Assembly: GCA_977018835.1 (NCBI GenBank)
Contig: OZ361258.1
Span: forward strand, 4,278,001 to 4,342,000
Direction: 5' to 3'
Length of the DNA: 64,000 bases
Source: Minutocellus sp. GHC0000111
Lineage: Eukaryota
Shown here in pieces: positions 33,705 to 46,003 of this stretch (position 1 is its first letter; each line of letters opens with the position of its first letter). Below the pieces are notes generated by a model that saw nothing but the letters and a program-made list of their open reading frames with translations, ran no database searches and was not told the origin of the DNA. Position numbers and translations under genes: made by a program.

Positions 33705-35468
33705 CCTCTCTTTCACTTACAGCTCGGTCGCAGCCTGTTGAAGGGAGCTGCCGCTAATGAAGGGTTGGCCGATGACGTGCTCTTTACTTGTGTTGACCAA
33801 TTGAATAGAGGCTCGTCAGAAATATCGTCCCATTCGGAAAGAACTTTTGTCGCACAACTAAATCTGCAAGCGGCAAAGAATGCAATTGCGTCCTCTACAT
33901 TCCTTGCAGCATCCATTTACCTTCGATTCGCCAAGATATACATTGAAGAAAAGGACTGGCAAATGAACTACAGTCTCTGTCTCGAAATTTATACAGCTTT
34001 GGCAGAAACTGAGTACGTAAATGGTGCGTACGATGAAATGTCCGAGGCACTCAATGAGGTATTTTAATGGGCCAGGTCCTTCGAAGATAGGCTTCCCGCG
34101 TACCACACACTAATCAGGGCGAATTCATCCCAGAATTTTCTTGATGTCGCGATCAGTAAATGCTTTGAAGTTCTTGAAGAGCTCGGAGAGTCTTTTGCCG
34201 AAGAAGTAGATCCAGCTCAAATAATGAAGGAATGCCGAAGGATCAAGGCCATGCTCGAAGGGAAAGACAAAGCTTGGCTTATGAAGCAAAATGTGATGAC
34301 CGATGGACGCTTGTTGAATCGGATGAAGTACATGCATATGATGATTCTCTACTTGTACTATGCAAGTCCATTGAAGTTGCCGTTGGTGGCCTGCCGGATG
34401 ATTAAACTATCACTCCAACATGGGATCTGCAGGGAGAGCGCAATGGCATTTGGTGCACATGCCTTGGTTTGCTGTGGTTTCCTTGGAGATTATGAAGGGG
34501 GTTACCAAATCGGATGTATCGCCACCGCTGTTGTCGAGAAATATAATGCAAGAGAAGTCCTTTGCGCAGCTGTCAATGTATGGACGCAGCCTCTTCAATC
34601 CACTCTCCCGCTACTGGAAAATGGATATGACGCCGCTATTTCTTCCGGAGACCCAGAATATGCACTAATTTGCATGCAAGCCCACACGATGACGGCTTTT
34701 CTGTGTGGACAGCCACTTGAAGGAATCGTCGAGAATTTATCACGTCTTACCAAGGAATGCAGTCGCCACCGTATGGATTTGGTGACGGCAGTAATATTTC
34801 CGTTGTGGCAGTGCATTGAGAATTTGATTGGCGATTCGAAGCATGGCACGGATCCTACTGTCCTCGACGGGGCTATTATCCAAGGTGACGCTTACGTCGA
34901 CGCTCAGCTTGGGCTGGGGAAGGGCAACTACAAAACGTCTATCTTCCAATACTATTTCATGAAATTGATCCTTGCCTACACATTCGAGCGTGATGAGTTA
35001 GCTGCTGAGATGTATGACAAGTGCATGGAGTTTGATCCCGAAAAGAATACGAGGGGGCGACCTACTATTTTCGTCAACGCCTTCTACGGTGCCCTAGCTG
35101 CACTGTCAATGGAGCGGAGAGACCCAAGCAATCCCAAGTGGAAGGGCATCATTGATGCCGTGCTGCCCAGAATGGAGAGATGGGCAAAGGCCTCGGCTTG
35201 GAATTGCGAGCACAAATTGCTGTTTCTCCGAGGTGAGCGGCTGGCAAACTCGGGCAGTCAAGACGAGGCTGTTGCAGCCTACGAAAAGGCGATACAATTG
35301 GCACGAGAGCATCACTTTGGGAACGAAGAGGCCCTTATTTGCGAGCGGTATGGTAACTTTTTATTGGGGGCGGGAGATAATCTATCAGCTGGAATTCAGA
35401 AGACCAATGCTTTCGAGGCCTACAAGAGGTGGGGCGCTCGTCGAAAGTGTGAGGAAATGGAGAAATGA
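33705..35468 (+). pseudogene. C-terminal helical/TPR-like part of a STAND/AAA-ATPase-associated signalling protein, 5'-truncated with in-frame TAA
   Basis: HLQLGR, VDQLNRG, LNLQAAKNA, EEALICERYG and Y.RWGA.RK motifs; stop at 34065-34067; no P-loop region present. Confidence 0.75.
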
Positions 35469-35870
35469 CCGGCCTTTGCTTCATCGTCACCGTGTAGATC
35501 AAGATTAATTAGCTATAGATATAGAAATCTAGCATGGTGGAGTTCATGATGTAGATAGACTTTCTACACACATGTACCGTAGACTAGCAGTAGACGTCTA
35601 CCGGTATGAAAAAACAAAGACGTCTCTCACATCGATCGATCGGAAGGATGTCCCCGATTTCCCCTCTTTTGTTATTGCCCCCATCTAGCTGGAACTGCTG
35701 CTGGAACCCATCCAGTCGCCTCGTCGCCTCGTCGCCTCATGCATCGTTTATCTGCTCGTATCGCATGCTGCAAGGGATGCCATCACTTGCATGCTGGACC
35801 CTCCCAGGACCTGGACCAATCACCGCTCGCCTGGCTCCTGGCTCTGAATTGCATTCACCCTTCACCAACC

Positions 35871-38012
35871 ATGGCCAAGAAGAAGGCCGCCTCCACTGGC
35901 TCTGCCGGCACCTCCCGTGAGGAGGTGCAGGTGGCGAAATCCCCCGCCGAGTTCTTCGCGGAGAATCAGGCCATTGCCGGCTTTGACAACATGGGCAAAT
36001 CTCTGTACACGACCATCCGGGAGCTGGTGGAGAACTCCCTCGATGCGTGCGAGTCGGTGAATGTGCTGCCCGATATTTCAGTTTACGTCGAAGAGCTGAC
36101 CATGGAGCAGTTCAACAAGGAGCGGGGAGTTTCGACCGGTGCCGCCGGCAAATCCAGGAAGAAGGATGACGATGCAGTAGCAGGGGCTACTACCAGTACT
36201 GGTAGCGCCAAGAAGGGCAAGAAGGGCGGCGGTGCCGCGGCAGCCTCCTCGTCCGAGGGGTACTTCCGGATCAAGGTCCGCGACAACGGCTGCGGGATGA
36301 AGCACGAGGCCATCCCCAACCTTCTGGGCGTCGTCCTGTCGGGGTCCAAGTACGGCGTCCGCCAGACCCGGGGAAAGTTTGGCCTCGGCGCCAAGATGGC
36401 GTTGATTTGGTCCAAGAAGAGCAGCGGCGTGCCGATTAAGGTGACTACGTCGCACAATACCGGTTCGGCTTCCAGCGGCAGCGGCAGCCGATCGCATGGT
36501 GCCTGCCTATCTCGGTGCGTCTTGGATATTGATATCTACAAGAACCGTCCGAGGGTCATTGAACATACGAAAAAGGCGAACATGCACGGGTGGATCGGTA
36601 CCGAATTCGAGGTCCTCATTGGAGGGAACTGGACCACGTACAAATCCCGAATTGTCCAGTATCTGCTCCAGCTCGCCATCATTACGCCCTACGCCAGCCT
36701 GGAGTTGCACTACAAGAATCTGGCCGACCCCAAGAAGGACATGTCCATCCGATACGGTCGGAGGTCGGAGCAGATGCCTCCGCCTGCCAAGGAGGTACGG
36801 CACCACCCCAGCAGTGTCAACAATCTCCTTGTGCAGCAGCTGTTGGACCGATCCAGTAGCAAGACGATGCTGAAATTCTTGACGACGGACCTGTCGGCCG
36901 TGGGACAGTCGGTGGCCAAACGGCTGCTCGAGCAGCTGGAGGACGATGGGTTTTATGATGATATGTCCCCGTCGTCGGTGTCCGATAGGCAGATCACTCG
37001 CCTCGTCCAGCTCCTCCGAACGAGCGATGCCTTCAAGCCCCCCGACGGAAGCTGCCTTTCACCACTCGGTGAGTACAACCTGAATCTTGGTATTCGCAAG
37101 GTGGTAGAGCCCGACGTGGTGGCAACCGCCGGGGATAAGGCCGGGGCATACGAGGGCCATCCCTTCATCGTTGAGGCTGCCGTCTCCATCGGTGGCAAGA
37201 ACGCCCGGGAGGGCATCACCGTGTACCGTTTCGCCAATCGCATCCCCCTCCTCTTCGAAGGTGGTAGCGACGTCGCCACTCGTGTTGCCAACAACAAGAT
37301 CAAGTGGTCCAGCTACAAGATCGATCACAAGCGCGACAAGATCGGGGTCTTTGTATCCATCGTTTCGACCAAGGTCCCGTTCAAGGGCACCGGCAAAGAG
37401 TACATCGGCGACGACATTACCGAGCTCCAGCTAAGCGTGAAGCGCGCGTTGCAGAGCTGCTGTCAGCAGCTGCGGTCTCATCTGACCAAGCGCAATGCCA
37501 TCCGTGATCAAAAGGAGCGCAAGAACCGTCTTACCAAGTACGTCCCCGACATCAGCCGTTCCCTGTTTGGCATTTTGGACGGGATGCAGAAGCGAAGGAT
37601 TGAGGAGGCTGAAAGCATCGCTGGAGGAGCAACCGCGTCGCCTAGGAAGCTTCAGAGGAAGCGCGCTCGCCTCACCGACCCCATTGTCGACCCCGAGGGT
37701 GCATTCGTCAAGGGTGTCCTGGAAAAGGTCGATAGGGAGGAAATCACGACAGAATCTATCGGCCAGCATCTTGTTGAAGCCGTCGAAGCCCAGTGCGACC
37801 TCGACGATGGGAAGGCGGGGGCGTCCGAACATGGTAGTGCTTCTGGGGGCGGCAGAGGTGGTAGGAATGGTGGCAAACTTGGCGACGTCTCTCAGCCCCT
37901 GTATCTTGTACCCATCTTTGAGCTACCCAAAGATGTTGAACCGATTCATCACCCTCTGTTTACGTTCCATCCCATGAAGAAGCCGGAGATTTGGCCCATT
38001 GAGGCTGACTAG
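35871..38012 (+). CDS. TOP6B: DNA topoisomerase VI subunit B
   Basis: SPAEFFAEN, RELVENSLDA, DNGCGM, SGSKY, RGKFGLG, RFANRIPLL, STKVPFKGTGKE; intact. Confidence 0.95.
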   Translation: MAKKKAASTGSAGTSREEVQVAKSPAEFFAENQAIAGFDNMGKSLYTTIRELVENSLDACESVNVLPDISVYVEELTMEQFNKERGVSTGAAGKSRKKDDDAVAGATTSTGSAKKGKKGGGAAAASSSEGYFRIKVRDNGCGMKHEAIPNLLGVVLSGSKYGVRQTRGKFGLGAKMALIWSKKSSGVPIKVTTSHNTGSASSGSGSRSHGACLSRCVLDIDIYKNRPRVIEHTKKANMHGWIGTEFEVLIGGNWTTYKSRIVQYLLQLAIITPYASLELHYKNLADPKKDMSIRYGRRSEQMPPPAKEVRHHPSSVNNLLVQQLLDRSSSKTMLKFLTTDLSAVGQSVAKRLLEQLEDDGFYDDMSPSSVSDRQITRLVQLLRTSDAFKPPDGSCLSPLGEYNLNLGIRKVVEPDVVATAGDKAGAYEGHPFIVEAAVSIGGKNAREGITVYRFANRIPLLFEGGSDVATRVANNKIKWSSYKIDHKRDKIGVFVSIVSTKVPFKGTGKEYIGDDITELQLSVKRALQSCCQQLRSHLTKRNAIRDQKERKNRLTKYVPDISRSLFGILDGMQKRRIEEAESIAGGATASPRKLQRKRARLTDPIVDPEGAFVKGVLEKVDREEITTESIGQHLVEAVEAQCDLDDGKAGASEHGSASGGGRGGRNGGKLGDVSQPLYLVPIFELPKDVEPIHHPLFTFHPMKKPEIWPIEAD

Positions 38013-38197
38013 ATTATCACAATACCATGGAGATGTGGTTATTAAATATTCTTTTTCATATAGTCATCTACGTATACCGTGGATGAATTATTTTAGAGTA
38101 CGCCGAATCGAGCTTTCTTATGCAATAGATGTTCTAATGTATCCTTTCTGATTTATTCAGCACTTAAATGCTGCGCACGCTCAATATTATTTGCAAT

Positions 38198-38779
38198 TTA
38201 CAGAATGTCCCTCCCCGTGTAGAGAAAGTGTTTTTCTACTTTCCTTGGACGAAGCAGTGTTGCAATGTTCCTCAAGAGGGAGAGTTCAATAGCCAGTATT
38301 TCGTCGTTGTCGTGACTGTCGATATCGCTATCCGCGCTGTCTTCTTGTTCAGCTAATTCGTTGATTGCCGTTGCAAAGGCCATGTAGTGATGCTCCTTCT
38401 TGTGAGGACGGAAGAGAAGGCGTAATTCCTTTCGGCGTGTAGTTCTGGCCGCATCCTCTGCCTGTTGGGATAGGCCGTGGATGAAGCTTGCCGATGAGAC
38501 GACGTCTTCTTTGGATGGCAGTGCCTTTGTTTCCAGGGAGGGCACGCTGCTGGCACTACTATTGTAGGGGCGTTGATTGGCGGCAGCAACTGCTTCAGCA
38601 GCTGTCTGGAAGGCAGTGGGGATAGTAGGCGATCCAGCACTAGTACAAGATAAAACCCGCATCGGCGACGGTCCGGCAAGTGTTGGATTGAATGTTTGTT
38701 GCGATGCCGAAGAAGTTCTCGTTTCGTTAGAACCGGTGCTGTTGTCAACGGCTGTGTTGTTGCATGTATTGGCATTCAT
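38198..38779 (-). CDS. Hypothetical protein
   Basis: 193-aa ORF with no recognised domain. Confidence 0.4.
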   Translation of the reverse strand: MNANTCNNTAVDNSTGSNETRTSSASQQTFNPTLAGPSPMRVLSCTSAGSPTIPTAFQTAAEAVAAANQRPYNSSASSVPSLETKALPSKEDVVSSASFIHGLSQQAEDAARTTRRKELRLLFRPHKKEHHYMAFATAINELAEQEDSADSDIDSHDNDEILAIELSLLRNIATLLRPRKVEKHFLYTGRDIL

Positions 38780-39237
38780 TTGGCTGGCTATGGCGGATTT
38801 TCCCGACTACGCAGGGATGTTGAGATTGGTTGGGGGTTTGGTTGGGGGTTTGTTGCAATTGCGTGCTTGAAATATTTGTAATTCCAGGAAGAAGTGGTTG
38901 CAAAGAACGCATGCATTTTGTACCATGTTAGTTGGCAGTAGAGAGTAGGCCTAGATCCATTATGTATAAGAAGATGCGGCTAATCGTGAAGGCCGTAGCT
39001 GTCACACAATTTAATCGACACAATTTAATCGGCACAATCTTCTTAATCGGCATATTATGGTCTCGTTCTCGGCGAAGTGCTGGCGACTCCGATGACTGTA
39101 CAATACAACGCAGGAAAACAGGACGAACAAGCAACAACAGAGATCGCGGCACCACCAGGCATACATCTCGGTTCTCGGCGAAGTGCACCATCCCGGCAAA
39201 ATGTGTGTGGGATGGCACGGCATGCAGTACCTCTGGA

Positions 39238-39461
39238 TCGATTTCCGCGCAGCCCGTTCTTTTCCAAAAAAAATGGGGCCTACATGTAAAACATGAGGCA
39301 GGCTTGCGATCGTACACGGATTATCAGCAGGGAAAGGCACACAGAGTCGATTTCCGCGCAGCCCGTTCTTTTCCAAAATGGGGCCTACATGTAAAACATG
39401 GGGCTTGCGATCGTACACGGATTATCAGGAGCCGCAGGGATCGGGAAAGTCACACAGAGTC
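39238..39461. repeat. Tandem duplication, about 109-bp unit x2
   Basis: tcgatttccgcgcagcccgttcttttccaaaa...ggattatcag...cacacagagtc begins at 39238 and again at 39347. Confidence 0.9.
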
Positions 39462-39699
39462 AACAATGATTTATGTAATGTGTTGAGGGCACATTTCGCG
39501 AGCTGGTCACGCATGGTGTTTCTGGATGGTTTGGCAACCCCGTCGAGTCGAGGAGCCCACCGCAAACCTGCTGCAGGCGAAGCAGCATCGAGGCACACAC
39601 AGAGCTAGAGGCGTGTGAGGATCGAGCAGGCCAGGCGGCGATTCTGGGAGCTGGTCGTCACGGTGTTTCTGGATGCATGTGGCCACTTTCCACAACATG

Positions 39700-40448
39700 C
39701 ATTCTGTTCTAGTCGCACCATGGTGGCAATACAATGTCTCCAAATGCTTCTCAACTTGAAGGAGGTAAACTCGACTCCCATTGTAGCAAGCTCCGTGGAC
39801 CCAACTGTTTTGACAGGATCAGCAATGACCCAGGAGGCTTACCTGCAGAATTGCCGGGAGAAGGAAAATAGAGACTTTTTCCGCCATTTCCACTCTTCTC
39901 GGCTGCACTTGGCGTGCCTCTTCCGTCGCAGCGATGTCTCTGAGGAAATGGCCGATGCATTAATGGAGATAGCAGAACAGGGGAAATTCTGAGTTTCAAT
40001 TGAGATGATTGTAGAGACATTTTACATGGGCCTTGCTGCAGCGGCGATTCTACAGGGACACAAGTCTCCGGAGGTGGCGACTGACACCAAAAGGTGGCAA
40101 AAGATGGCCACGGATTCTCTGCACTCTCTTGAGAAGTGGGCTGGCGAGGGTTCCGAATGGAATTTCCGGCACAAGGCCGATTTGCTCCGTGCCGAGATTG
40201 CTGTTGCAAATGGCGATGCCGGAGCTGCGATTTCATCGTACCAGAGCGCCATACTCGGAGCCGGGAAAAGTAGTTACATCAACGAAGAGGCGCTCAGCTG
40301 TGAAAGAGCTGGGCTCTTTCTCGCCCAGCAGGGTGACATAGAGGAGGGACGAATCTATCTCCTTCGAGCTGAGACGTTGTGTAATGTGTGGGGAGCACAT
40401 AGGAAGGTGCAGGACGTTTCATCGTTGATAGAGGAACACTGTCATTAA
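39700..40448 (+). pseudogene. Second 5'-truncated paralog of the 33705-35468 family, with in-frame TGA
   Basis: Shares DPTVL.G, WN..HK, EEAL.CER.G and WGA.RK; stop at 39990-39992. Confidence 0.75.
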
Positions 40449-40564
40449 CAGTTAGGATATTATTGATACGTCAACTAGCTGAATTCTCTTCACACAAAAA
40501 AAAATAACAATGGTTTCTGCTAAGATGAAATTCCGCTACAGAGTGCGCTAGCTAGCATTTACCT

Positions 40565-43500
40565 TCACAATGTCTGAAAGGTAGCCCGAGCTGCTTCGTC
40601 TTCTCGAAGGACATCTGGAATGTAGGTGTCATCAGTTCTGACCCCCAGCTTCTCTGATGTTTGACCTGCAATCCCTTTCCCAAAACCCCCATCTTCGTCC
40701 CTGCATGCACCATCACGACAACGAAATATTTGACGAGCTATGAATAGACTCAAATCTTTTTGTGTCCAGTACGATGAATGTGCGCTAAGGGCAAAAACGT
40801 ACTCGTTGGCGTTCTCTATTTCCTTCTCCTGGAGCATGTAATCGATTCTCCGTCCCTGGTTGAGATTTCCGCATTGAACAGCTTGATACTTGCTATCGCT
40901 AGACGAAATCGACGACGCATCCTCGTCATCTTCTCCATCATCGACCAAGCCATCTGTGGATGTATCAATTAGGCCAATGTCCATAATGCCCTTTTCAACT
41001 GCTTCGATCATATTTTTCTGCGTCCGTCGAGTCTCATCTAAAAATTTGCGCAACATGAATTTCGTCTGATACTGCACTCGAAATCCTCCCTTCCAGTGGG
41101 CAATCAATTTGGGTTCCACCTCAGCATTGTGAGGGTCGAGAAGCGGTTCGATACGATACGACACCGGATCATATGGATGGAAAATGTTGAAGACGCGCTT
41201 GCAGCCTGGGAGAGAGAATGTATCGCTCAGAGGTCGGTGTTGGTTGCGCAACATCAGAAAGACGGCAACAGGAGATCCTAGCATGAAGAAATTAGAGACT
41301 TCAAAGCTGAGTTGTGGATAAGCAGGCTCTTGTGAAAGTCTCTTCTTTTCAGGAGTACTGGGCCCGCCCTCGATCCAATCCACCCTTGGGGAAATGAATT
41401 CGGGCCTATCTTCGACGTCAGACGAGCGGGGACTAATGGTTCTACTACCATGAAGCGACATTTGATGAGACAAAATATCCCACGAGATGATTGACCCTAG
41501 CGAGTGTCCCAGGATTGACACCTTCAATTTCTTTGGGTCGATGCCAGTGTGTGACAGAAATTTACTGACCACAAGGTTCGCCTCAGAGGTAACGATGGCA
41601 ATGATAGCATCGTGGTGAGCTGGAGACATAAAGTACAAGATGTCAAGCATCGTGTCGTTGGCAAACTGTCTCAGAGCTGGAATAGTTTTCAGGGATACAT
41701 CCTTTAGTGTAGTACATCGAGGCTCTTCTCCTTCGGATGATTCGTGACGTTTTGTTTGAATTGCAAATGGCTCATGCCACTCGATGGGAAGATATTCCAC
41801 TCTCCCGAGGGCTGAACGGGCGACGTCATCTCGCGTGAACGATGTATCTGGATTTACTTCCTGTAGATCTGGGAACTGAGCCGCGTGGACTGAGGAGTGA
41901 TTTTTCCTCAGCCAATCACAGCAAGCTGCGATAGTCGACAGCTGTGGGAGGGCCATGCCGAAAAGATCAACGCCACGTAGCATTTCGCCAATTCCATGGA
42001 CAACTAAAACTAAATGCTCGACCTCTTCGTCACTCTCCCGTGGCGTTTCAGGTGCCCGCCGTACTGTTTCAACCTCTGGCGGTGCGGCGACCGCAAAGGC
42101 TGAAGAATCAAGGGCAGATGTGGCCGTTGTAGATCGAAAGGACGTATCGAGCTCAAGAATCGGCCCATCGGCGTAGTTCGAATTGGTCGTAGCTGCCGCT
42201 TCGCTCAAAGGAGACGAGGCGTCGCCCAAATCAATGCTTTCGTGGCTCACCGAGGCTCGAAAACTGGCCGATTCAGGGCTGAAAAACCCATCTTGCTCCG
42301 AACTCTGAGCTCCTGATGATGTGACATCATCGTCGATTATCATCCTTGCTCCCCGATAAACGCGCTTCTTATTGAACAATGAAAGTGCCCCACCAAGCGT
42401 CTTCTGAATGGCAGTTATGCGTGTCAACGACCGGAATTGGACAAGCTGCGTCTCTCCGCCATCTGGACTTGTAACTTGGACGGTAAGTAGCACATCTTTC
42501 TTTTCAGATGACGCCTTTCCCAAGTGATGCTTCAGGAATCGATACGCATCCTCAAGAACGAAACTGCTTTCGTCGTTGTAAGGTTGCAGCCCATTTCGTT
42601 GTGTATCAAGCATCCAAACACCTCTTCGAACCTCACTCGAATATGACCCGTGAAATCGCCACATGGTCGGTCGCATGACAATAGACAGGGAAGGTAGAGG
42701 GTGTGATGGATGCATTCCTTCTTCACCAACTCCCAACGATGTGCACTGATGACAGATATAATTTCTGGATTCCAATGGGTAAGATGAGGCTCGATGAGTC
42801 GTCGCCATCGGGGGATGGTACACATCGTCTTCATATGTCTCGCCACAAGTAGGACAACACGGCAAAAAAGAAACAGCATGCCGCCTTTGATCGACGAGTA
42901 AATCACGAGAGGGATTCGGTTCATACCACCTGGCAATGGTAGGGTACTGTGGCGCGCTGGGCAAAGCCGCCTCGGTATCGCCCGTGCTAGCATCACTATC
43001 TTCTTCCTGTAGCGGTGGATGGGCCGATTCAACTGATATCCCATCCTCACAATCATGTTCGTCAAGACAAGCATGATCTTCAAAGGACGTGAGGAATGAC
43101 GCCGAACTCTCCACCATCTGTAAGTTGGGAGCGGAATGTGCTGATACAAGAGGTGATGCTTCCCCCAGTTGGTGTTGATGCAGCTCATGACGGAATCGTT
43201 CCTCGAGTTTCCTGCTATCGGTCTCGGTGAAACGAACCCAGGGCGCATCTTTCCCCGGCCGTTCTCCGTTGACATATGGAAGATGAAACCAAAGCGGCAC
43301 AATCTCTTCCCTGCGCCCGTTCTCTCCCTTGTAGGTGCTTCTTGCCTCATCAAGCAGCAACAAATCAGTATTTTCACGGCCATACTCGTCCCCAGCAATG
43401 GCCACCTGTAGCCACGTGTCGGTCGTCCGAATCTCCTCGTTGGCCCGGCTGAGGAGCAGCCCATTCAGCACCAAGTCGCTGTACAGCGTCCGATTCTGCG

Positions 43501-44571
43501 CCCGAACGTGCGCCGCCAGCTCGTACCGCTGCACCTCCGACGCCAACGAAAAGTACCGCTCGCACAAATGATCCAACACCGCCTGCTTGTTCTCCATCCC
43601 CAGAGACGAGTACGGCCCACTTCCCAGCACCCTCCACTGCGTATGAGTAAAGGTACGAGTGACGTTGCTATCGATCAGCTTGGCATAGAAGGAGATCTCA
43701 CCGCCGAGACGACTCAGGGCCATCTTGGTCGCCGTCATGGCCATATCGACCGACTGCCGCACAGCCGCCTTGGACGGGATGGGATACTGCGCCACCTGCC
43801 ACGCGGTCTTCAGAATGTCCACGCTGGTCACCAGGGCGGGTGCCAGTAGGTTCTCCCCGACAAAGGGCATGCCACGAACCATGTCCAGCCCCTGCCCGGC
43901 CAGCCGCGAGCAGTCGTCGCTCTGCAAGAAGTCGGCGGTGACCGATACGGCCGTTTCCGTCAGGCTGAACGCCGGTAGGAGGATGCAGTCTCGGACGGGG
44001 AGGAGGAGGTGATGTTCGGTGGTGGTGACGACCGTCTTGGCCGTGCCGTACATCGACTGGGCCGAGCGGGTGGCACCGATGAGCAGACCGCGCAGACCAC
44101 GGTAGCAGTGCTCCCAGGAATCAACTGCATTCTCGGCGGCAATGAGGGTGGCGTCGTTGGTGTCCCATATCTGTGTGTCGGGGCGTGAGAGTGGATGGAG
44201 GGAACATTCATAGTTGTTAGTGATGCCGATATAAATGAATGCAAAAAAACATGAACACAAAAACACACATAGTTGTTAGTGATGGCATAGGGGTGCAAAA
44301 CCTTCTGCCATCGGTAATAATCAAGCTCGGAAACACAAATGCAAGCCAACGCATCGCATTGGCATTTGTTTATTTGCGTTCGGGTTTCGCGGCCATTGGT
44401 CAATTGAACTTGACTTACCCTCCGCTTGCCGGCCAGGGCCATCTTCTTGGACGCCCGGTTCAGCCGGCGCAATGCCGCCCCGCCGCCCGACGTGCGACGT
44501 CGGACGTAGGTGGTATTGCTGAACGAGCCACCGCCAGCGGTGACGGCGGTGCGCCGCCGCTCGTCCATCAT
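40565..44571 (-). CDS. DDHD-domain phospholipase A1 (SEC23IP/DDHD-like)
   Basis: VHGIG, LPIEWH, GHSLGS, LGSP, NIFHPYDPVSYRIEP, RIDY, AHSSYW; intron 44171-44418. Confidence 0.9.
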
Positions 44572-44707
44572 CGTCGCTCGTCGTTTGAGTGACGGTGAAA
44601 TTAGAAAATTCTGGAAAATTCTCGATTTCAATTTTTCAGGGTTTTGTTCAATTTTTTGTCATTGGCATTTGGCTGGCTGTTTGCTGAACGAAGATTTGAA
44701 TGCAACG

Positions 44708-45823
44708 ATGGGCAAGAAGTCCAGGCAGAAGCAGAGCGGCTCCGTCGCCAAGGCCAAGGCCGGTGGAGTTGGTGCTGGCTCTGTTGCGTCGGGATCAGCA
44801 GATGTCGGCGGCAGCGGAGGTATCCCCAAGAAGGTCCGGTGTGTCTGCTGCCTTGCGCTGATCAAAGATACCGCCAAGGGCCATGCCTGTCCCGGATGTT
44901 CGGAACCGTACTGTTGGCGCTGCGAGAAGAAACAATTCTTTGAGTGCCCGAACGGTGACGATTGCGCCGATCCGGCGAAAAATTGCAGCAACTGCATAAC
45001 GGGCAGCATTATGTGTAAGGAGCTGGCCTCGGTGGGTGTACTGAGCGAGTCTTTCCCCCGTCCCTGTGATAGCATGGAATTTCAGGGGCTCTGGAACGCT
45101 CCTAATCGCAAGGCCTTCGAAGACATCGTGGCTCGGCGTCAAGACCTCACGGCGCATTCCGTGCCTTGGATGTGTTGCGGCGAACCAAGATGCACTGCTA
45201 GTAGGCAAAGTGTGTATGAGTGCCTTCGCTGTGCCGAGGACCCGTCCCAGAAGAGACTCCTCCGCTGCTGCATCTGTGAGAAGATCAGGTGCATCCCATG
45301 CAGTACAAATGACTTGGTGCCTCGGGCGTCCTGGGATGCCGCTTCCAATCTGCAGGATGAAATCGATGAGAGCAAGGGGATAGTGTCGAATGCTGCAATT
45401 GAGCGATTTGGCCGAAGTTTAGCTACTGCAGCTCCTGACGGGTTCGCACAATGCTCATGTGGTCTCTACGTTTGCCATGGGTGTTTCGACTTTGTCCAAA
45501 CCAAGTGCTACTCCAAAGTTGCATTGATAGCTAGAAAAAAAGCACTCTGCTTCAATGGAGATACAGATGCAGATTTAAATGCAGATGCATCCATCCCAAA
45601 GAAAGTTTTTCGGTGCAGCTCCTGCTACTGGTCGGCCAAGCCCTGCACCAACCCGACCTGTCCCAACGAGGTTGGTATCCCGACGAAGCGGTGCGGTGGA
45701 TGTCATCTTGATCGGTACTGCAGCGTCGAGTGTCAGGCCGCGGCATATCCCGATCATATTCAGAAGTGCGAAAAGATCCAGGCCAAGCGAGCTGCAGCTG
45801 GAAAGGAGAGTAGTGAGGTATAA
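44708..45823 (+). CDS. Cys-rich protein with a C-terminal MYND zinc finger
   Basis: CTNPTC...RCGGC...YCSVECQ...H..C plus multiple CxxC motifs. Confidence 0.85.
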   Translation: MGKKSRQKQSGSVAKAKAGGVGAGSVASGSADVGGSGGIPKKVRCVCCLALIKDTAKGHACPGCSEPYCWRCEKKQFFECPNGDDCADPAKNCSNCITGSIMCKELASVGVLSESFPRPCDSMEFQGLWNAPNRKAFEDIVARRQDLTAHSVPWMCCGEPRCTASRQSVYECLRCAEDPSQKRLLRCCICEKIRCIPCSTNDLVPRASWDAASNLQDEIDESKGIVSNAAIERFGRSLATAAPDGFAQCSCGLYVCHGCFDFVQTKCYSKVALIARKKALCFNGDTDADLNADASIPKKVFRCSSCYWSAKPCTNPTCPNEVGIPTKRCGGCHLDRYCSVECQAAAYPDHIQKCEKIQAKRAAAGKESSEV

Positions 45824-46003
45824 GGCTGATGGGTAGATGAAGATAACAACATGTTATCAATAAAGTACGATCGTAGTAGGATCAAAAGGACTATTGAACA
45901 ATTATTTATATTGCATTCGCTCTATCGCAACAAACAAGCGGGATCTCTATTGCCTGTATCAAATCTAATTTGATACAATCAATTCATTATTCATGAAGCA
46001 TTT

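Noticed and set aside
39001..39680. CRISPR-like array
   Set aside because: Repeats occur only in pairs of differing units, with no regular repeat-spacer period and no cas genes.
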